This document shows positions 29,983 through 40,460 of a stretch of DNA of 49,535 nucleotides, piece by piece (the first letter of the stretch is position 1; the number at the start of each line of letters is the position of its first letter). The position numbers and the translations under genes were made by a program. The stretch is from an uncultured Mycobacterium sp. (lineage in GTDB: Bacteria; Pseudomonadota; Gammaproteobacteria; UBA4575), in NCBI GenBank assembly GCA_964196535.1, contig CAXMUG010000076.1:1-49535 (forward strand), written 5' to 3'. The notes beneath the pieces are model-generated. The model searched no databases, was not told where the DNA came from, and was given only the letters and a program-made list of their open reading frames with translations.

Positions 29983-30015
29983 TTTTTTCCAACGTAAGTA
30001 AATATATTTTTCTCA

Positions 30016-32214
30016 ATGGATGTAACTCCTATCTTAGACCCTCTTAACGAGGCGCAACGTGAAGCCGTAAGCTGCGAAACCGTACCTGCATTAGTTATCG
30101 CAGGTGCTGGCAGTGGTAAAACCCGAGTACTAGTGCATCGTATCGCATGGTTATGCGAAGTCGTTGGGGTGTCACCATTTAGCATTCTGGCGGTAACCTT
30201 TACCAATAAAGCAGCAGCGGAGATGCGTGCACGTGTAGAGGAGTTGTTAAATAATAATTTAGGCGGCATGTGGATGGGCACCTTTCACGGTATCTCACAT
30301 CGTTTATTACGTGCCCATTGGCAAGAGGCAAACCTAAAACAGAGCTTTCAAATTTTAGATAGTGGCGATCAAATACGCTTAATGAAACGTGTCATTCAAG
30401 GTTTGGGTTTGGATGATACTAAGTGGCCTGCAAAAAATGCTTGTTGGTTTATCAGCTCGCAAAAAGAAGAAGGTTTGCGACCGAAAGATATGAGCGACAA
30501 TGGCGATATTACCCAACGCCAACTAATTAAAATTTATGCAGCCTATCAAGATGCCTGTGAGCAAACTGGGTTGGTCGATTTTGCGGAATTATTGTTGCGC
30601 AGTTTGGAATTATTAAAACACCGTCCCGATATTCTTAGCCATTATCAAACCAAGTTTCGCCACATCTTAGTAGATGAGTTTCAAGATACTAATTCAATTC
30701 AATATCAATGGTTGAAGCTGCTCGCTGGTGAGCAAAACCCTATATTTGCAGTAGGAGACGACGATCAGTCGATTTATGGTTGGCGCGGTGCGCGTGTAGA
30801 AAACATTCAAAATTTTGAGAAAGATTTCAAAGGTGCACAGCTTTTTAAACTAGAACAAAACTACCGGTCCACCAACAATATTTTATCCGCTGCAAATTCC
30901 TTGATTGATAACAATCAGGGTCGTATGGGTAAGAAGTTGTGGACTGATGGCGACGACGGCGACCCGATTTATTTATATGCATCGTTTAACGAGCAAGATG
31001 AGGCACGATTTGTTGCCGATAAACTTAAGCAATGGCTAGAAACCTGTAATGGTCGTCGTGACGATGTCGCGATTCTATATCGTTCTAACGCGCAGTCACG
31101 CATGTTTGAAGAAATCTTTATTTCGCAAAGCATTCCATACCGAGTGTATGGCGGATTACGATTCTTCGAACGTGCAGAAATTAAAGATGCTTTAGCGTAT
31201 TTGCGTTTAGCGAAAAATGTTGATGATAATCCATCTTTTGAGCGCATCGTCAACGTGCCAACTCGAGGTATCGGTCAACGTACAGTTGCTTTGGTGCGTG
31301 ATTTTGCCAAACAACATGAGCTCACCATGTGGCAAGCGGCAGAAAAAATTCTGCAAGCTAGTTTGCTGGCAGCGCGTGCTTCTAATGCGCTTGCGCAGTT
31401 TATGAATTTGATGACCAAGCTTTCTAAAGAAATTACAGATTTAGAATTAAGTGAGCAGGTGGATCATATTATCCAAGTATCCGGTTTGGTTGCGCATCAC
31501 GGTAAAGATGCCAGTGAGAAAGCTAAGTCGCGGGTAGAAAACTTAGAAGAACTCGTAGTTGCTGCGCGTGGTTTTGTCGTTGATAACGATTTATATGAAG
31601 GTATGCCGCCATTAGATGCATTCTTAACCCATGCAGCACTTGAAGCAGGTGAAGGCCAAGGCGCCAAGTGGGATGACTGTGTGCAATTGATGACCTTGCA
31701 TGCTGCGAAAGGTTTAGAGTTTCCATTAGTGTTTTTAGTCGGTTTGGAAGACGGCTTATTTCCTTCCAGTATGTCGATGGAAGAGCCCGGTCGTTTAGAA
31801 GAGGAACGTCGTCTTTGCTATGTAGGCATTACTCGTGCGCGACAACAATTAGTTATGACCTATGCAGAGTCAAGACGCCAATATGGTTCGGATAATTACA
31901 ATCCGCCATCCCGATTCATTAGTGAAATACCGGGTGAATTAGTTGCTGAAGTACGGCCAAGATCTACCGTGACACAGCCTTCATACCAGAGTTCTGCTCC
32001 ATCGATGATGATTAATGGCGCCAGAGCCAATAGCGAAGCTTTGAATGATACCGGCATTAAAATTGGTGGGCGGGTGTCGCATACTAAGTTTGGCGAGGGC
32101 GTAGTGTTAGACTGTGAAGGCAAAGGCAGTAGCGCAAGAGTTCAAGTACATTTTGAATCAGCAGGTAGTAAGTGGTTAGTGTTGGCCTATGCAAACTTAA
32201 ATGTAATTGCTTAA
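30016..32214 (+). CDS. uvrD: DNA helicase II (UvrD)
   Basis: 732 aa. Walker A AGAGSGKTRVL, VDEFQDTN, and YRSNAQSR. The C-terminal GGRVSHTKFGEGVV domain favours UvrD over Rep. Confidence 0.9.
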   Translation: MDVTPILDPLNEAQREAVSCETVPALVIAGAGSGKTRVLVHRIAWLCEVVGVSPFSILAVTFTNKAAAEMRARVEELLNNNLGGMWMGTFHGISHRLLRAHWQEANLKQSFQILDSGDQIRLMKRVIQGLGLDDTKWPAKNACWFISSQKEEGLRPKDMSDNGDITQRQLIKIYAAYQDACEQTGLVDFAELLLRSLELLKHRPDILSHYQTKFRHILVDEFQDTNSIQYQWLKLLAGEQNPIFAVGDDDQSIYGWRGARVENIQNFEKDFKGAQLFKLEQNYRSTNNILSAANSLIDNNQGRMGKKLWTDGDDGDPIYLYASFNEQDEARFVADKLKQWLETCNGRRDDVAILYRSNAQSRMFEEIFISQSIPYRVYGGLRFFERAEIKDALAYLRLAKNVDDNPSFERIVNVPTRGIGQRTVALVRDFAKQHELTMWQAAEKILQASLLAARASNALAQFMNLMTKLSKEITDLELSEQVDHIIQVSGLVAHHGKDASEKAKSRVENLEELVVAARGFVVDNDLYEGMPPLDAFLTHAALEAGEGQGAKWDDCVQLMTLHAAKGLEFPLVFLVGLEDGLFPSSMSMEEPGRLEEERRLCYVGITRARQQLVMTYAESRRQYGSDNYNPPSRFISEIPGELVAEVRPRSTVTQPSYQSSAPSMMINGARANSEALNDTGIKIGGRVSHTKFGEGVVLDCEGKGSSARVQVHFESAGSKWLVLAYANLNVIA

Positions 32215-32240
32215 TGCATATTTAAAAATGCGCGTTATTA

Positions 32241-32272
32241 AAAAGTACATCAGATTAGCAAGATGTACTTTT
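32241..32272 (+). terminator. Candidate uvrD terminator hairpin (AT-rich)
   Basis: Perfect 11-bp inverted repeat: AAAAGTACATC (32241-32251), a 10-nt loop, then GATGTACTTTT (32262-32272), ending in T4. Confidence 0.4.
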
Positions 32273-32294
32273 CACATAAGTAAATGAGTTGATT

Positions 32295-33416
32295 ATGCAA
32301 AGAAGAAAATTTTTACAATATGCGGGTGCCACTGCATTTACGGGTGCAGCTGCCGGTTTGGCAGGTTGCAAAGGCGAAGAGAAGGGTGAAGCGAATTCGC
32401 AAACCTCGGATGTTTCGCCAAGTAAAACCTGGGAATGGAAAATGGTCACCACTTGGCCGAAGAATTTTCCTGGTTTAGGTACGGGTGCTGAGTTTTTAGC
32501 TAAACAAATTAATGCCATGTCGAATGGTCGTGTCAATGTAAAAGTATACGGCGCAGGTGAGCTCGTGCCAGCGTTTGAAATTTTTGATGCGGTGGCAAGT
32601 GGCGCTGCACAAATGGGTCATGGCTCTGCGTATTACTGGAAAGGAAAGTATCCCGCGCTACAATTTTTCTCTACTACACCGTTTGGAATGACGGCGATGG
32701 AAATGAATGCATGGCTTTACCACGGTGGCGGCATGGAGCTTTGGCAAGAAGCCTATAAGCAATTTGGTTTGGTGCCCTCTGCTGCAGGGAATACCAATGT
32801 GCAAATGGCAGGTTGGTTTAACAAAGAAATCAATTCGCTAGAAGATCTAAAAGGTTTGAAAATGCGCATTCCTGGTTTGGGTGGGGAAGTGTTAAAACGT
32901 GCAGGTGGCACACCGGTTAATCTACCAGGTGGTGAATTATTTACTTCATTGCAGTCTGGAACGATAGATGCGACTGAATGGGTGGGTCCATATAATGATC
33001 TAGCCTTTGGATTTCATAAAATTGCCAAATACTATTACTATCCCGGCTGGCATGAGCCAGGCACCACGCTTGAATGTTTTATTAATCAAAGTGCCTTTGA
33101 TGAATTGCCCGCAGATCTACAAGCTATTGTGCTGGCGGCTTGCCGTGTGGCGAACCAAGATATGTCTTTGGAATATATCGCACGTAATAATGATGCTTTA
33201 GATACTTTAGTGAATGAGCACAATGTAGAATTGCGTAAATTACCTGATGACGTTATTAGCAAGCTTGCTGCATTATCGAAAGAAGTTACCGCTGAGCTGG
33301 GTTATACAGACCCATTAGCACGCAAGATATTTGATTCATATACTGAATTTTTTAATAAATCACGTGCTTGGTTGGATATTTCCGAACGCGCCTACTTGAA
33401 CTTACGTACTGGATAG
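32295..33416 (+). CDS. TRAP transporter substrate-binding protein (DctP family) with Tat-type signal and lipobox
   Basis: About 373 aa. RRKFLQYAGATAFTGAAAGLAGC combines a twin-arginine motif with an LAGC lipobox. A DctP-like body follows. ATG at 32295 (the track gives TTG 32289). Confidence 0.85.
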   Translation: MQRRKFLQYAGATAFTGAAAGLAGCKGEEKGEANSQTSDVSPSKTWEWKMVTTWPKNFPGLGTGAEFLAKQINAMSNGRVNVKVYGAGELVPAFEIFDAVASGAAQMGHGSAYYWKGKYPALQFFSTTPFGMTAMEMNAWLYHGGGMELWQEAYKQFGLVPSAAGNTNVQMAGWFNKEINSLEDLKGLKMRIPGLGGEVLKRAGGTPVNLPGGELFTSLQSGTIDATEWVGPYNDLAFGFHKIAKYYYYPGWHEPGTTLECFINQSAFDELPADLQAIVLAACRVANQDMSLEYIARNNDALDTLVNEHNVELRKLPDDVISKLAALSKEVTAELGYTDPLARKIFDSYTEFFNKSRAWLDISERAYLNLRTG

Positions 33417-33484
33417 ACTAAAACTGTCAGCTGATTCATAAATAATAATAACCATAATAAAATACAGGTAAAGGAGCAGTTAAC

Positions 33485-33724
33485 GTGGATGATCTTTTTA
33501 TCAAATGGCGCACTATGTGGGATGCCAAGGAATACACTATTCAGTTATTTTTTATGGCTAATTTTTTAATTGCCCTATATATAGCATCGCTGCCATTACG
33601 TTCTACTGGTAAAGATATTACTGGAGCAAATCGTGGCATCATGATTGCGTTTGGAATTGGCTATGCAATATTAATTATTTTCGCATACTTGCAATTGGTT
33701 CCAACTTTTTCACCATATGGTTAA
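33485..33724 (+). CDS. Hypothetical 79-aa two-TM membrane protein between TRAP genes
   Basis: GTG start preceded by AAGGAG (33471-33476) at good spacing. Two hydrophobic helices. Followed by a terminator. Confidence 0.5.
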   Translation: MDDLFIKWRTMWDAKEYTIQLFFMANFLIALYIASLPLRSTGKDITGANRGIMIAFGIGYAILIIFAYLQLVPTFSPYG

Positions 33725-33751
33725 TCTGAACAATCTTTAAAAAAATAAACG

Positions 33752-33784
33752 GCGCCCATAAATGATTTTTTAGGGCGCTTTTTT
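33752..33784. terminator. Bidirectional rho-independent terminator between convergent genes
   Basis: GCGCCC (33752-33757), a 15-nt loop, GGGCGC (33773-33778), then T6 on the + strand. An A/T run precedes it for the - strand. Confidence 0.6.
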
Positions 33785-33812
33785 GCCCATAAGATTGTAA
33801 GAATATATTTCC

Positions 33813-35186
33813 CTAATAGATTTTATCCGGTAGCCAAGTTGCTAGTTCTGGGAAATAGGCAATTAATAATAAAGCAAATACCTGAATTGCTATGAACGGT
33901 GCAACACCTTGATATATTTGTTTGGTTTGAATTTCTTTTGGCGCTACACCGCGCAAATAAAATAATGCAAATCCAAACGGCGGAGTAAGAAAAGAGGTTT
34001 GCAAGTTAATCGCAATCATTATCCCTAACCAAACTGGATCTACACCGAGAGTAAGTAGCACTGGTCCCACGATGGGTACGACTACAAATGTGATTTCAAT
34101 GAAGTCGAGGATAAAACCCAGTAAAAACATCAACAGCATGACGATAAAGATTGCTGAAAACGTACCGCCAGGTAAGTGTGTAAGTAACTCGTGAACTGCT
34201 GCGTCGCCTCCATAGCCACGAAAAACCAAAGAGAAAATAGAAGCGCCGATAAATATCATAAACACCATGCATGTCACGCGTACCGTACGCTGCATGACGT
34301 CTCTTAAGCATTGCAAATCAAGTCGGCGATTAAAGAGTGCTAATAATAATGCCCCTACGGCACCTACCGATGCCGCTTCGGTTGGCGTGGCTACGCCCTT
34401 AATAATCGAGCCTAAAACCAAGATAATTAATAAAATTGGTGGTACCAGGGCGCTTGTTACACGTTTAAACCATGCTGCAAAATTTATATCTTCATGTTTT
34501 TGCATTGCAGGCATTGCAGCGGGTTTTGTCCAAGCAATGAAAATTAAATACACAAGATACAGTCCTACTAACAGCAAGCCTGGAATGATCGCACCTACGA
34601 ATAAATCGCCTACCGAAACGGTATCCGGTGAGAAATTGCCTTGGCTAAGTTGCGATTGTTGATAAGCAGATGAAAGAACATCACCAAGTAAAACTAAAAT
34701 AATCGAAGGTGGGATAATTTGACCGAGAGTCCCAGATGCGCAAATGATCCCAGTAGATATTTCAGGCTGATAACCTCTTTTCAACATCGTAGGTAATGAC
34801 AGCAACCCCATGGTGACAACGGTTGCACCAACAATCCCTGTGCTGGCAGCTAATAGCATGCCAACAAGCACCACGGAGATACCAAGTCCACCACGTAATG
34901 TGCCAAATAATGATGCCATGGTGTAGAGTAATTCATCTGCAATCTTAGAGCGCTCTAGCATCACGCCCATAAATACGAATAGTGGTACCGCAATTAGCGT
35001 TTGGTTAGTCATGATGCCAAATAATCGACTTGGAAAGGCTTGTAGCAGCGCAGGATCAAAAATGCCGGCGAGGATTCCTGCAAAGGCAAATATTAACGAG
35101 ACGCCTGCTAGTGTGAAAGCTACTGGGTAACCAAATAACAACGCACAAATGACCGCTAGAAATAATATGAACGCAATGATTTCCAT
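33813..35186 (-). CDS. TRAP transporter large permease (DctM family)
   Basis: 457 aa and polytopic. Directly downstream of the DctQ-like gene. Confidence 0.9.
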   Translation of the reverse strand: MEIIAFILFLAVICALLFGYPVAFTLAGVSLIFAFAGILAGIFDPALLQAFPSRLFGIMTNQTLIAVPLFVFMGVMLERSKIADELLYTMASLFGTLRGGLGISVVLVGMLLAASTGIVGATVVTMGLLSLPTMLKRGYQPEISTGIICASGTLGQIIPPSIILVLLGDVLSSAYQQSQLSQGNFSPDTVSVGDLFVGAIIPGLLLVGLYLVYLIFIAWTKPAAMPAMQKHEDINFAAWFKRVTSALVPPILLIILVLGSIIKGVATPTEAASVGAVGALLLALFNRRLDLQCLRDVMQRTVRVTCMVFMIFIGASIFSLVFRGYGGDAAVHELLTHLPGGTFSAIFIVMLLMFLLGFILDFIEITFVVVPIVGPVLLTLGVDPVWLGIMIAINLQTSFLTPPFGFALFYLRGVAPKEIQTKQIYQGVAPFIAIQVFALLLIAYFPELATWLPDKIY

Positions 35187-35200
35187 TTCTATTTATCTAG

Positions 35201-35704
35201 TTATTGCTTTGGTGTTTTTAACTTCAGCCAAGCGCGTCCGGCTAAAGAGATAGCTTGTAAGAAAAGCAATACAGCCATTAATGGGATGAGTGATTTTATA
35301 ATATAAACTAGAGGTAAACCTCCGGCTTCTCGCGAGCCTTCTAGCAACTTCCAGGAATTCAGTACATAGTCAAAGCTAGCCCAGAGAATGAATCCTGCGA
35401 AGGGTAGTAATAAAAATAAGGTTCCAAATAAATCTACTTTAGATTTATTGCGCAGAGACATATCTTGGTAAAAAATATCAACGCGCACATGCTCATTGTG
35501 TTTTAGGGTGTACGCACCTGCGAGCATAAAAATAAATGCATGCAGGTAAGTAGTGGATTCTTGCAGTGCAATGCGTCCAAAGTTGAATCCGTAGCGCAGC
35601 ACAACCACTAAAAAAGTTATAAATACCATTGCTAACACAAACCAAGCAGCAAGCTTGCCAACGCGCTCATTTAACGCATCGATTTTGTCGCAAAAATTTT
35701 GCAT
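35201..35704 (-). CDS. TRAP transporter small permease (DctQ family)
   Basis: 167 aa with four TM helices. Located upstream of dctM. Confidence 0.85.
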   Translation of the reverse strand: MQNFCDKIDALNERVGKLAAWFVLAMVFITFLVVVLRYGFNFGRIALQESTTYLHAFIFMLAGAYTLKHNEHVRVDIFYQDMSLRNKSKVDLFGTLFLLLPFAGFILWASFDYVLNSWKLLEGSREAGGLPLVYIIKSLIPLMAVLLFLQAISLAGRAWLKLKTPKQ

Positions 35705-36646
35705 TTAATTACTTAAACTAGGCGAATGTGCTATGCGTGCTAATAAAATATTTTTAAAAGTGTCTGGGTCTTTGATGTGAGTAATTTCACCATCTTTTGG
35801 AAAAATCTTATCTTGCAGGCGTGATAACCAGAAGCGTAGTGCCGCGGCACGCAACATATATGGCCAAACGTTTAATTCTTGCGGATGAAAAGCTCGTTCA
35901 GCTTGGTAGGCATTTATTAAAGCATTATAGCAATCCATGTTTAGCTCACCACTGTCACTACTACACCAATCATTCGCAGTAACTGCGAGGTCATATAGAA
36001 ATGAGTCGTTGCAAGCATAATAAAAATCGATAATTCCTGTCAGTGCTTGATCCTTAAACATCACGTTGTCACGGAATAGATCTGCATGGATGACACCTTT
36101 GGGTAGATCATCAGGCAACTCTTGTTTGCGGAAATGAATTTCTTGTTCCAGAATGATTTGCTCATCATTCGATAGATGGTTAGATACTCGTTCTGCAGTC
36201 TTTTCAGCCCAAGAGAACCCACGTGGATTTTCCAGCACTCCTTCGTATGATTTACCTATCGTATGCATCTGTGCAAGTGCGTGACCTACCGCAGTACAGT
36301 GAGCTTTGTTTGGTTCTAGCTCATTTTTACCTTCGAGGCGCCGGACAATGGCAGCAGGTTTATCTTTTAATACACGCACATAATTATTGTGCAAGTCGGC
36401 GATGGGGTGTGCTGTCGGCATTCCATGATCCGATAGATGCGCCATGAAATTTAAATAATAAGGCAAGGTATCAAATCCGACTTCTTCAAATATGGTCAAG
36501 ACAAACTCACCATTTTCAGTGGTAACAAAATAATTGGTGTTTTCGATGCCCGCGTTGATACCTTGGTAGCTTACTAATGCACCTAAGGAATAATTACTTA
36601 GAAAAACTTCAAGCTCAGATTGCTCGATGTTTGTGTAGACGGACAT
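35705..36646 (-). CDS. thrB: Homoserine kinase, Pseudomonas type (ThrB, aminoglycoside-phosphotransferase fold)
   Basis: 313 aa. MSVYT..., GIENTNYFV and VIHADLFRDNVMF motifs. Divergent from polA as in Pseudomonas. Confidence 0.9.
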   Translation of the reverse strand: MSVYTNIEQSELEVFLSNYSLGALVSYQGINAGIENTNYFVTTENGEFVLTIFEEVGFDTLPYYLNFMAHLSDHGMPTAHPIADLHNNYVRVLKDKPAAIVRRLEGKNELEPNKAHCTAVGHALAQMHTIGKSYEGVLENPRGFSWAEKTAERVSNHLSNDEQIILEQEIHFRKQELPDDLPKGVIHADLFRDNVMFKDQALTGIIDFYYACNDSFLYDLAVTANDWCSSDSGELNMDCYNALINAYQAERAFHPQELNVWPYMLRAAALRFWLSRLQDKIFPKDGEITHIKDPDTFKNILLARIAHSPSLSN

Positions 36647-36681
36647 ACTTTATTAACTGTAATTTTTATATTTACTATTGA

Positions 36682-36762
36682 GAAAGCTCTGATTTAACTC
36701 GATACTTGGTTAAAAATATCTTTGCCTCGTAGTGACCATTACACTAATAAATCAGAGCTTTC
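36682..36762. repeat. Perfect 15-bp inverted repeat with a 51-nt spacer in the thrB/polA divergent intergenic region
   Basis: GAAAGCTCTGATTTA (36682-36696) and TAAATCAGAGCTTTC (36748-36762). Confidence 0.7.
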
Positions 36763-36918
36763 ATAAGAGGAAGATAATTTCTTAATGAATTCGATCAACA
36801 ATTAAGCTATCAGATACCTGATGCAAGATGTGGAATATATTTAACCACTTTCATGTTTCAAATTTAGCGACATGATAACGTTCCAGCTGACCGATCACTA
36901 GCAATAACTTCTTAATAC

Positions 36919-39711
36919 ATGTCTAAAAAATCACAAGCAAATGCCAAGGCCAAGGCTAAATCTACACCGCCAATTGTTTTAGTTGATGGGTCTTCGTATC
37001 TGTACCGCGCTTTTCATATACCTAACCTGCAAAACTTGGAAAATTCTGAAGGTATGCCCACCGGCGCTATTCGAGGTGTAGTTAGTATGCTGAATAGATT
37101 ACTCGGAAATGAAAAACCAAGCCATATTGCAGTTGTGTTTGATGCCAAAGGCAAAACCTTCCGTCATGACATGTACAAAGAATATAAAGCCAATCGTCCA
37201 CCGATGCCGGAAGAGTTACGTGTTCAAATAGAACCTCTGCACGACACAGTACGTGCATTGGGTTTACCGCTGATTTCAGAAAGTGGCGTTGAAGCAGACG
37301 ATGTGATTGGCACACTTGCCAAGCAAGCAGCCGATCAAGGCTACGAAGTGCTGATCTCAACCGGTGATAAAGATATGGCGCAATTGGTAAATGACCAAGT
37401 CACCTTGGTTAACACCATGACTGATACAAAAATGGATGCCGATGGAGTGATGGAGAAGTTTGGTGTTGCACCGCATCAAATCATTGAGTACTTGGCGTTG
37501 ATGGGTGATAAATCTGACAACATTCCAGGTGTACCAAGTGTTGGACCAAAGACTGCTGCTAAATGGCTGAATGAATATGAAACCTTAGATGAAATCATTA
37601 AGAACGCCGATGCAATTAAAGGCAAAGTCGGTGAAAAATTTCGTGCGCATATCGATCAACTGCCTATGTCGGTTGACCTCACTACAATTCGTTGTGATCT
37701 GGACTTATCCACCAGCATTGATGAATTAAAAATCCAAGCAGAAGATGCGCCAAAGCTAAGACAACTTTATACGCAGCTCGAATTTAAAACTTGGCTGAAA
37801 AAATTAAATGAGCAGCGCGGCGAAAAAAACTTTGATGGTAACGATGAAGTTGCAGAAGAAAGCAAAACGGTAAAGACAGTAGACATCGAAAAAGCTTCTT
37901 ATGAGCTAATACTTACTCAAAAAGATTTCACTCGTTGGCTAAAGAAACTTCAGCAAGCTGATTTAGTGGCTTTTGATACCGAGACCGACAGCTTGGATTA
38001 TATGCAAGCTAATGTGGTGGGCTTATCTTTTGCAGTTGAGGCAGGTGCGGCGGCCTATGTGCCGCTTGCACATAACTATTCTGGCGCACCTGAACAATTA
38101 GATCGCAAAGAGGTATTAAAAAGTCTTGAGCCAATTTTGAATTGCGACAAGGCTAAGATCATAGGTCATAACTTAAAATATGATCGTAGTGTTTTATTAA
38201 ATCATGGCATTCAACTCGATGGCATTCAACACGATACGATGTTGGAGTCCTATGTGTGTAATTCTGTTGCTAGCCGACATGACCTAGACACATTGTGCGA
38301 AAAACATTTGCAACATACTAATATTCATTTTGAAGATGTTGCGGGTAAGGGTGTTAAGCAAATTACCTTTGATCAGGTTGATTTAAGTGTGGCACTTGAT
38401 TATGCAGCGGAAGATGCCGATATGGTGTTGCGTTTGCACCAAGAGTTTTGGTCTGAGCTAACGAAAAAGAAGAAGCAAAAAGAGCTCTATGAAACTATCG
38501 AGTTGCCAATGCTGAAAGTGCTTTCCAATATCGAACGCAATGGGGTAATGCTAGACGACAAGATACTTGCTAAGCAAGGCAAGCAATTAACCAAAAGAAT
38601 TGCTGAAGTAGAAAAAGAAGCTTATGAATTGGCAGACGGCCCGTTTAATTTAAGTTCGCCGAAACAGATCCAAGAAATATTATTTGAAAAGCAGGGCATA
38701 CCGGTTATTCGTAAAACCCCAAAAGGGCAGCCTTCAACTGCTGAGGATGTATTGCAAGAATTAGCGGTTGATTACCCATTGCCAAAAATAATTTTAGAGC
38801 ACCGCACTTTGAGTAAACTCAAATCAACTTATGTAGATAAATTACCTACGTTAATTAATGCTAAAACCAAGCGTGTACATACTTCCTACCATCAAGCGGT
38901 GGCGATTACAGGGAGATTGTCTTCTTCTGATCCAAATTTACAAAACATCCCGATTCGTACAGAAGAAGGTAGACGTGTGCGACAGGCTTTCATTGCGCCT
39001 AAGGGTTATCAAGTTTTGGCTGCGGATTATTCGCAAATTGAATTGCGTATTATGGCGCACTTATCTCAAGATGAAAGACTGTGTGAAGCGTTTGCACAAG
39101 GTGAAGATATCCATCGTGCTACGGCAGCAGAAGTATTTGATCTTGAGTTAGATGCAGTGGAGTCTGAACAGCGTCGTGCTGCAAAAGCGATTAATTTTGG
39201 TTTGATCTATGGAATGTCAGCATTTGGATTAGCTAAACAATTAGGTATTACGCGAACAGAAGCTCAGCAATATATAAGTTTATATTTTGAACGTTATCCA
39301 GGTGTGAAAAAATATATGGATGGCATTCGTGAACTAGCACGTGAACAAGGCTATGTAGAAACATTATTCGGTAGAAGACTTTATCTGCCAGACATCAATA
39401 ATAAAAATGTGCAACGGCGCCAATATGCTGAACGCACGGCAATTAATGCGCCTATGCAAGGTACCGCGGCAGACATTATTAAACGTGCAATGATAAATAT
39501 TGATGCTTGGTTGCAAGAGAAAAATCCAACCACCACCCCAAAATGCAAAATGATTATGCAAGTGCATGATGAATTGGTTTTTGAAGTGGAAGATAGTGTG
39601 ATTGAGTCGACAAAAGAAAGTGTAATAACACAAATGGAGGCGGCTGCAGAGTTATCCGTGCCATTAGTTGTAGATGCAGCTATTGGGGTAAACTGGGATA
39701 AAGCCCATTAG
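36919..39711 (+). CDS. polA: DNA polymerase I
   Basis: 930 aa. 5'-nuclease domain (LVDGSSYLYRAFH), 3'-5' exonuclease domain (AFDTETDSL), and polymerase motifs (DYSQIELRIMAH, QVHDELVFE). Confidence 0.97.
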   Translation: MSKKSQANAKAKAKSTPPIVLVDGSSYLYRAFHIPNLQNLENSEGMPTGAIRGVVSMLNRLLGNEKPSHIAVVFDAKGKTFRHDMYKEYKANRPPMPEELRVQIEPLHDTVRALGLPLISESGVEADDVIGTLAKQAADQGYEVLISTGDKDMAQLVNDQVTLVNTMTDTKMDADGVMEKFGVAPHQIIEYLALMGDKSDNIPGVPSVGPKTAAKWLNEYETLDEIIKNADAIKGKVGEKFRAHIDQLPMSVDLTTIRCDLDLSTSIDELKIQAEDAPKLRQLYTQLEFKTWLKKLNEQRGEKNFDGNDEVAEESKTVKTVDIEKASYELILTQKDFTRWLKKLQQADLVAFDTETDSLDYMQANVVGLSFAVEAGAAAYVPLAHNYSGAPEQLDRKEVLKSLEPILNCDKAKIIGHNLKYDRSVLLNHGIQLDGIQHDTMLESYVCNSVASRHDLDTLCEKHLQHTNIHFEDVAGKGVKQITFDQVDLSVALDYAAEDADMVLRLHQEFWSELTKKKKQKELYETIELPMLKVLSNIERNGVMLDDKILAKQGKQLTKRIAEVEKEAYELADGPFNLSSPKQIQEILFEKQGIPVIRKTPKGQPSTAEDVLQELAVDYPLPKIILEHRTLSKLKSTYVDKLPTLINAKTKRVHTSYHQAVAITGRLSSSDPNLQNIPIRTEEGRRVRQAFIAPKGYQVLAADYSQIELRIMAHLSQDERLCEAFAQGEDIHRATAAEVFDLELDAVESEQRRAAKAINFGLIYGMSAFGLAKQLGITRTEAQQYISLYFERYPGVKKYMDGIRELAREQGYVETLFGRRLYLPDINNKNVQRRQYAERTAINAPMQGTAADIIKRAMINIDAWLQEKNPTTTPKCKMIMQVHDELVFEVEDSVIESTKESVITQMEAAAELSVPLVVDAAIGVNWDKAH

Positions 39712-39918
39712 GTTTAAATGGCTAATTTTAATTTCAGTTAGTTACCTCTATGTGTAGTGGTGTGGCGTAGAAAAATTTCCACTTATCATATTGCCCTCAC
39801 CCTTTATCTTGCTCTATGCGCAGAACAGTAAAGGCAGAAATATAATTCTCGCTAATTCACTTGGAGCTGGAACGCTTTACTAAGTGAAAATTAATTACTC
39901 TCGTTAATAGGACGGATA

Positions 39919-40332
39919 ATGATACGGAACATCATTACAGCAGCCATACTTCTTGCAGCATTAGTATCGATGGCTTCGGTCGCGCAAGTCACTAGTGCAG
40001 TTGAGCCAGAACTAAATTTGGATATATCTGCTTATAAAGATAATTTAGCTGTCGCAAACCAATTGTATGCTCATCCATTTTCATGGACACCCGATTTGTC
40101 ACAGCGAGCAAGAGTTATTAAGCTGCATGAGCAATTGGTTTCACCTAAACCTGTAGGAACAACAGGTTTTTCAGATGAGCCTGCTGTAACAGAACAGCGC
40201 CTAATTTCGTTTGAAATTTACCAAGGTGATGGCTTAGACGATCTACGTGAAAGATCAAAATATCACAACAATATAACGCTTCCGGATGAAGACACTGAGG
40301 CTTATGGGGTCTCTGTAAAACAGCGTTTTTAG
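39919..40332 (+). CDS. Hypothetical secreted protein
   Basis: 137 aa with signal peptide MIRNIITAAILLAALVSMASVAQV. No family recognised. Confidence 0.45.
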   Translation: MIRNIITAAILLAALVSMASVAQVTSAVEPELNLDISAYKDNLAVANQLYAHPFSWTPDLSQRARVIKLHEQLVSPKPVGTTGFSDEPAVTEQRLISFEIYQGDGLDDLRERSKYHNNITLPDEDTEAYGVSVKQRF

Positions 40333-40428
40333 ATTTCTTAATACCCAAACGCCGATTTCTTGGCGGGTATGAAGCAATATGCTGTTTACTTTTTAGCCAT
40401 ATCTACCGCTTATTTACGCTATTTTGGC

Positions 40429-40455
40429 GAACTTTTTCTAGTAACGATCCTCTAA
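40429..40455 (+). promoter_or_regulatory. Candidate sigma-E (RpoE/AlgU)-type promoter
   Basis: GAACTT (40429-40434), a 16-nt spacer, then TCTAA (40451-40455). Known consensus is GGAACTT-N16-TCnAA (E. coli) and GAACTT-N16/17-TCTGA (AlgU). Confidence 0.55.
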
Positions 40456-40460
40456 CGTAT

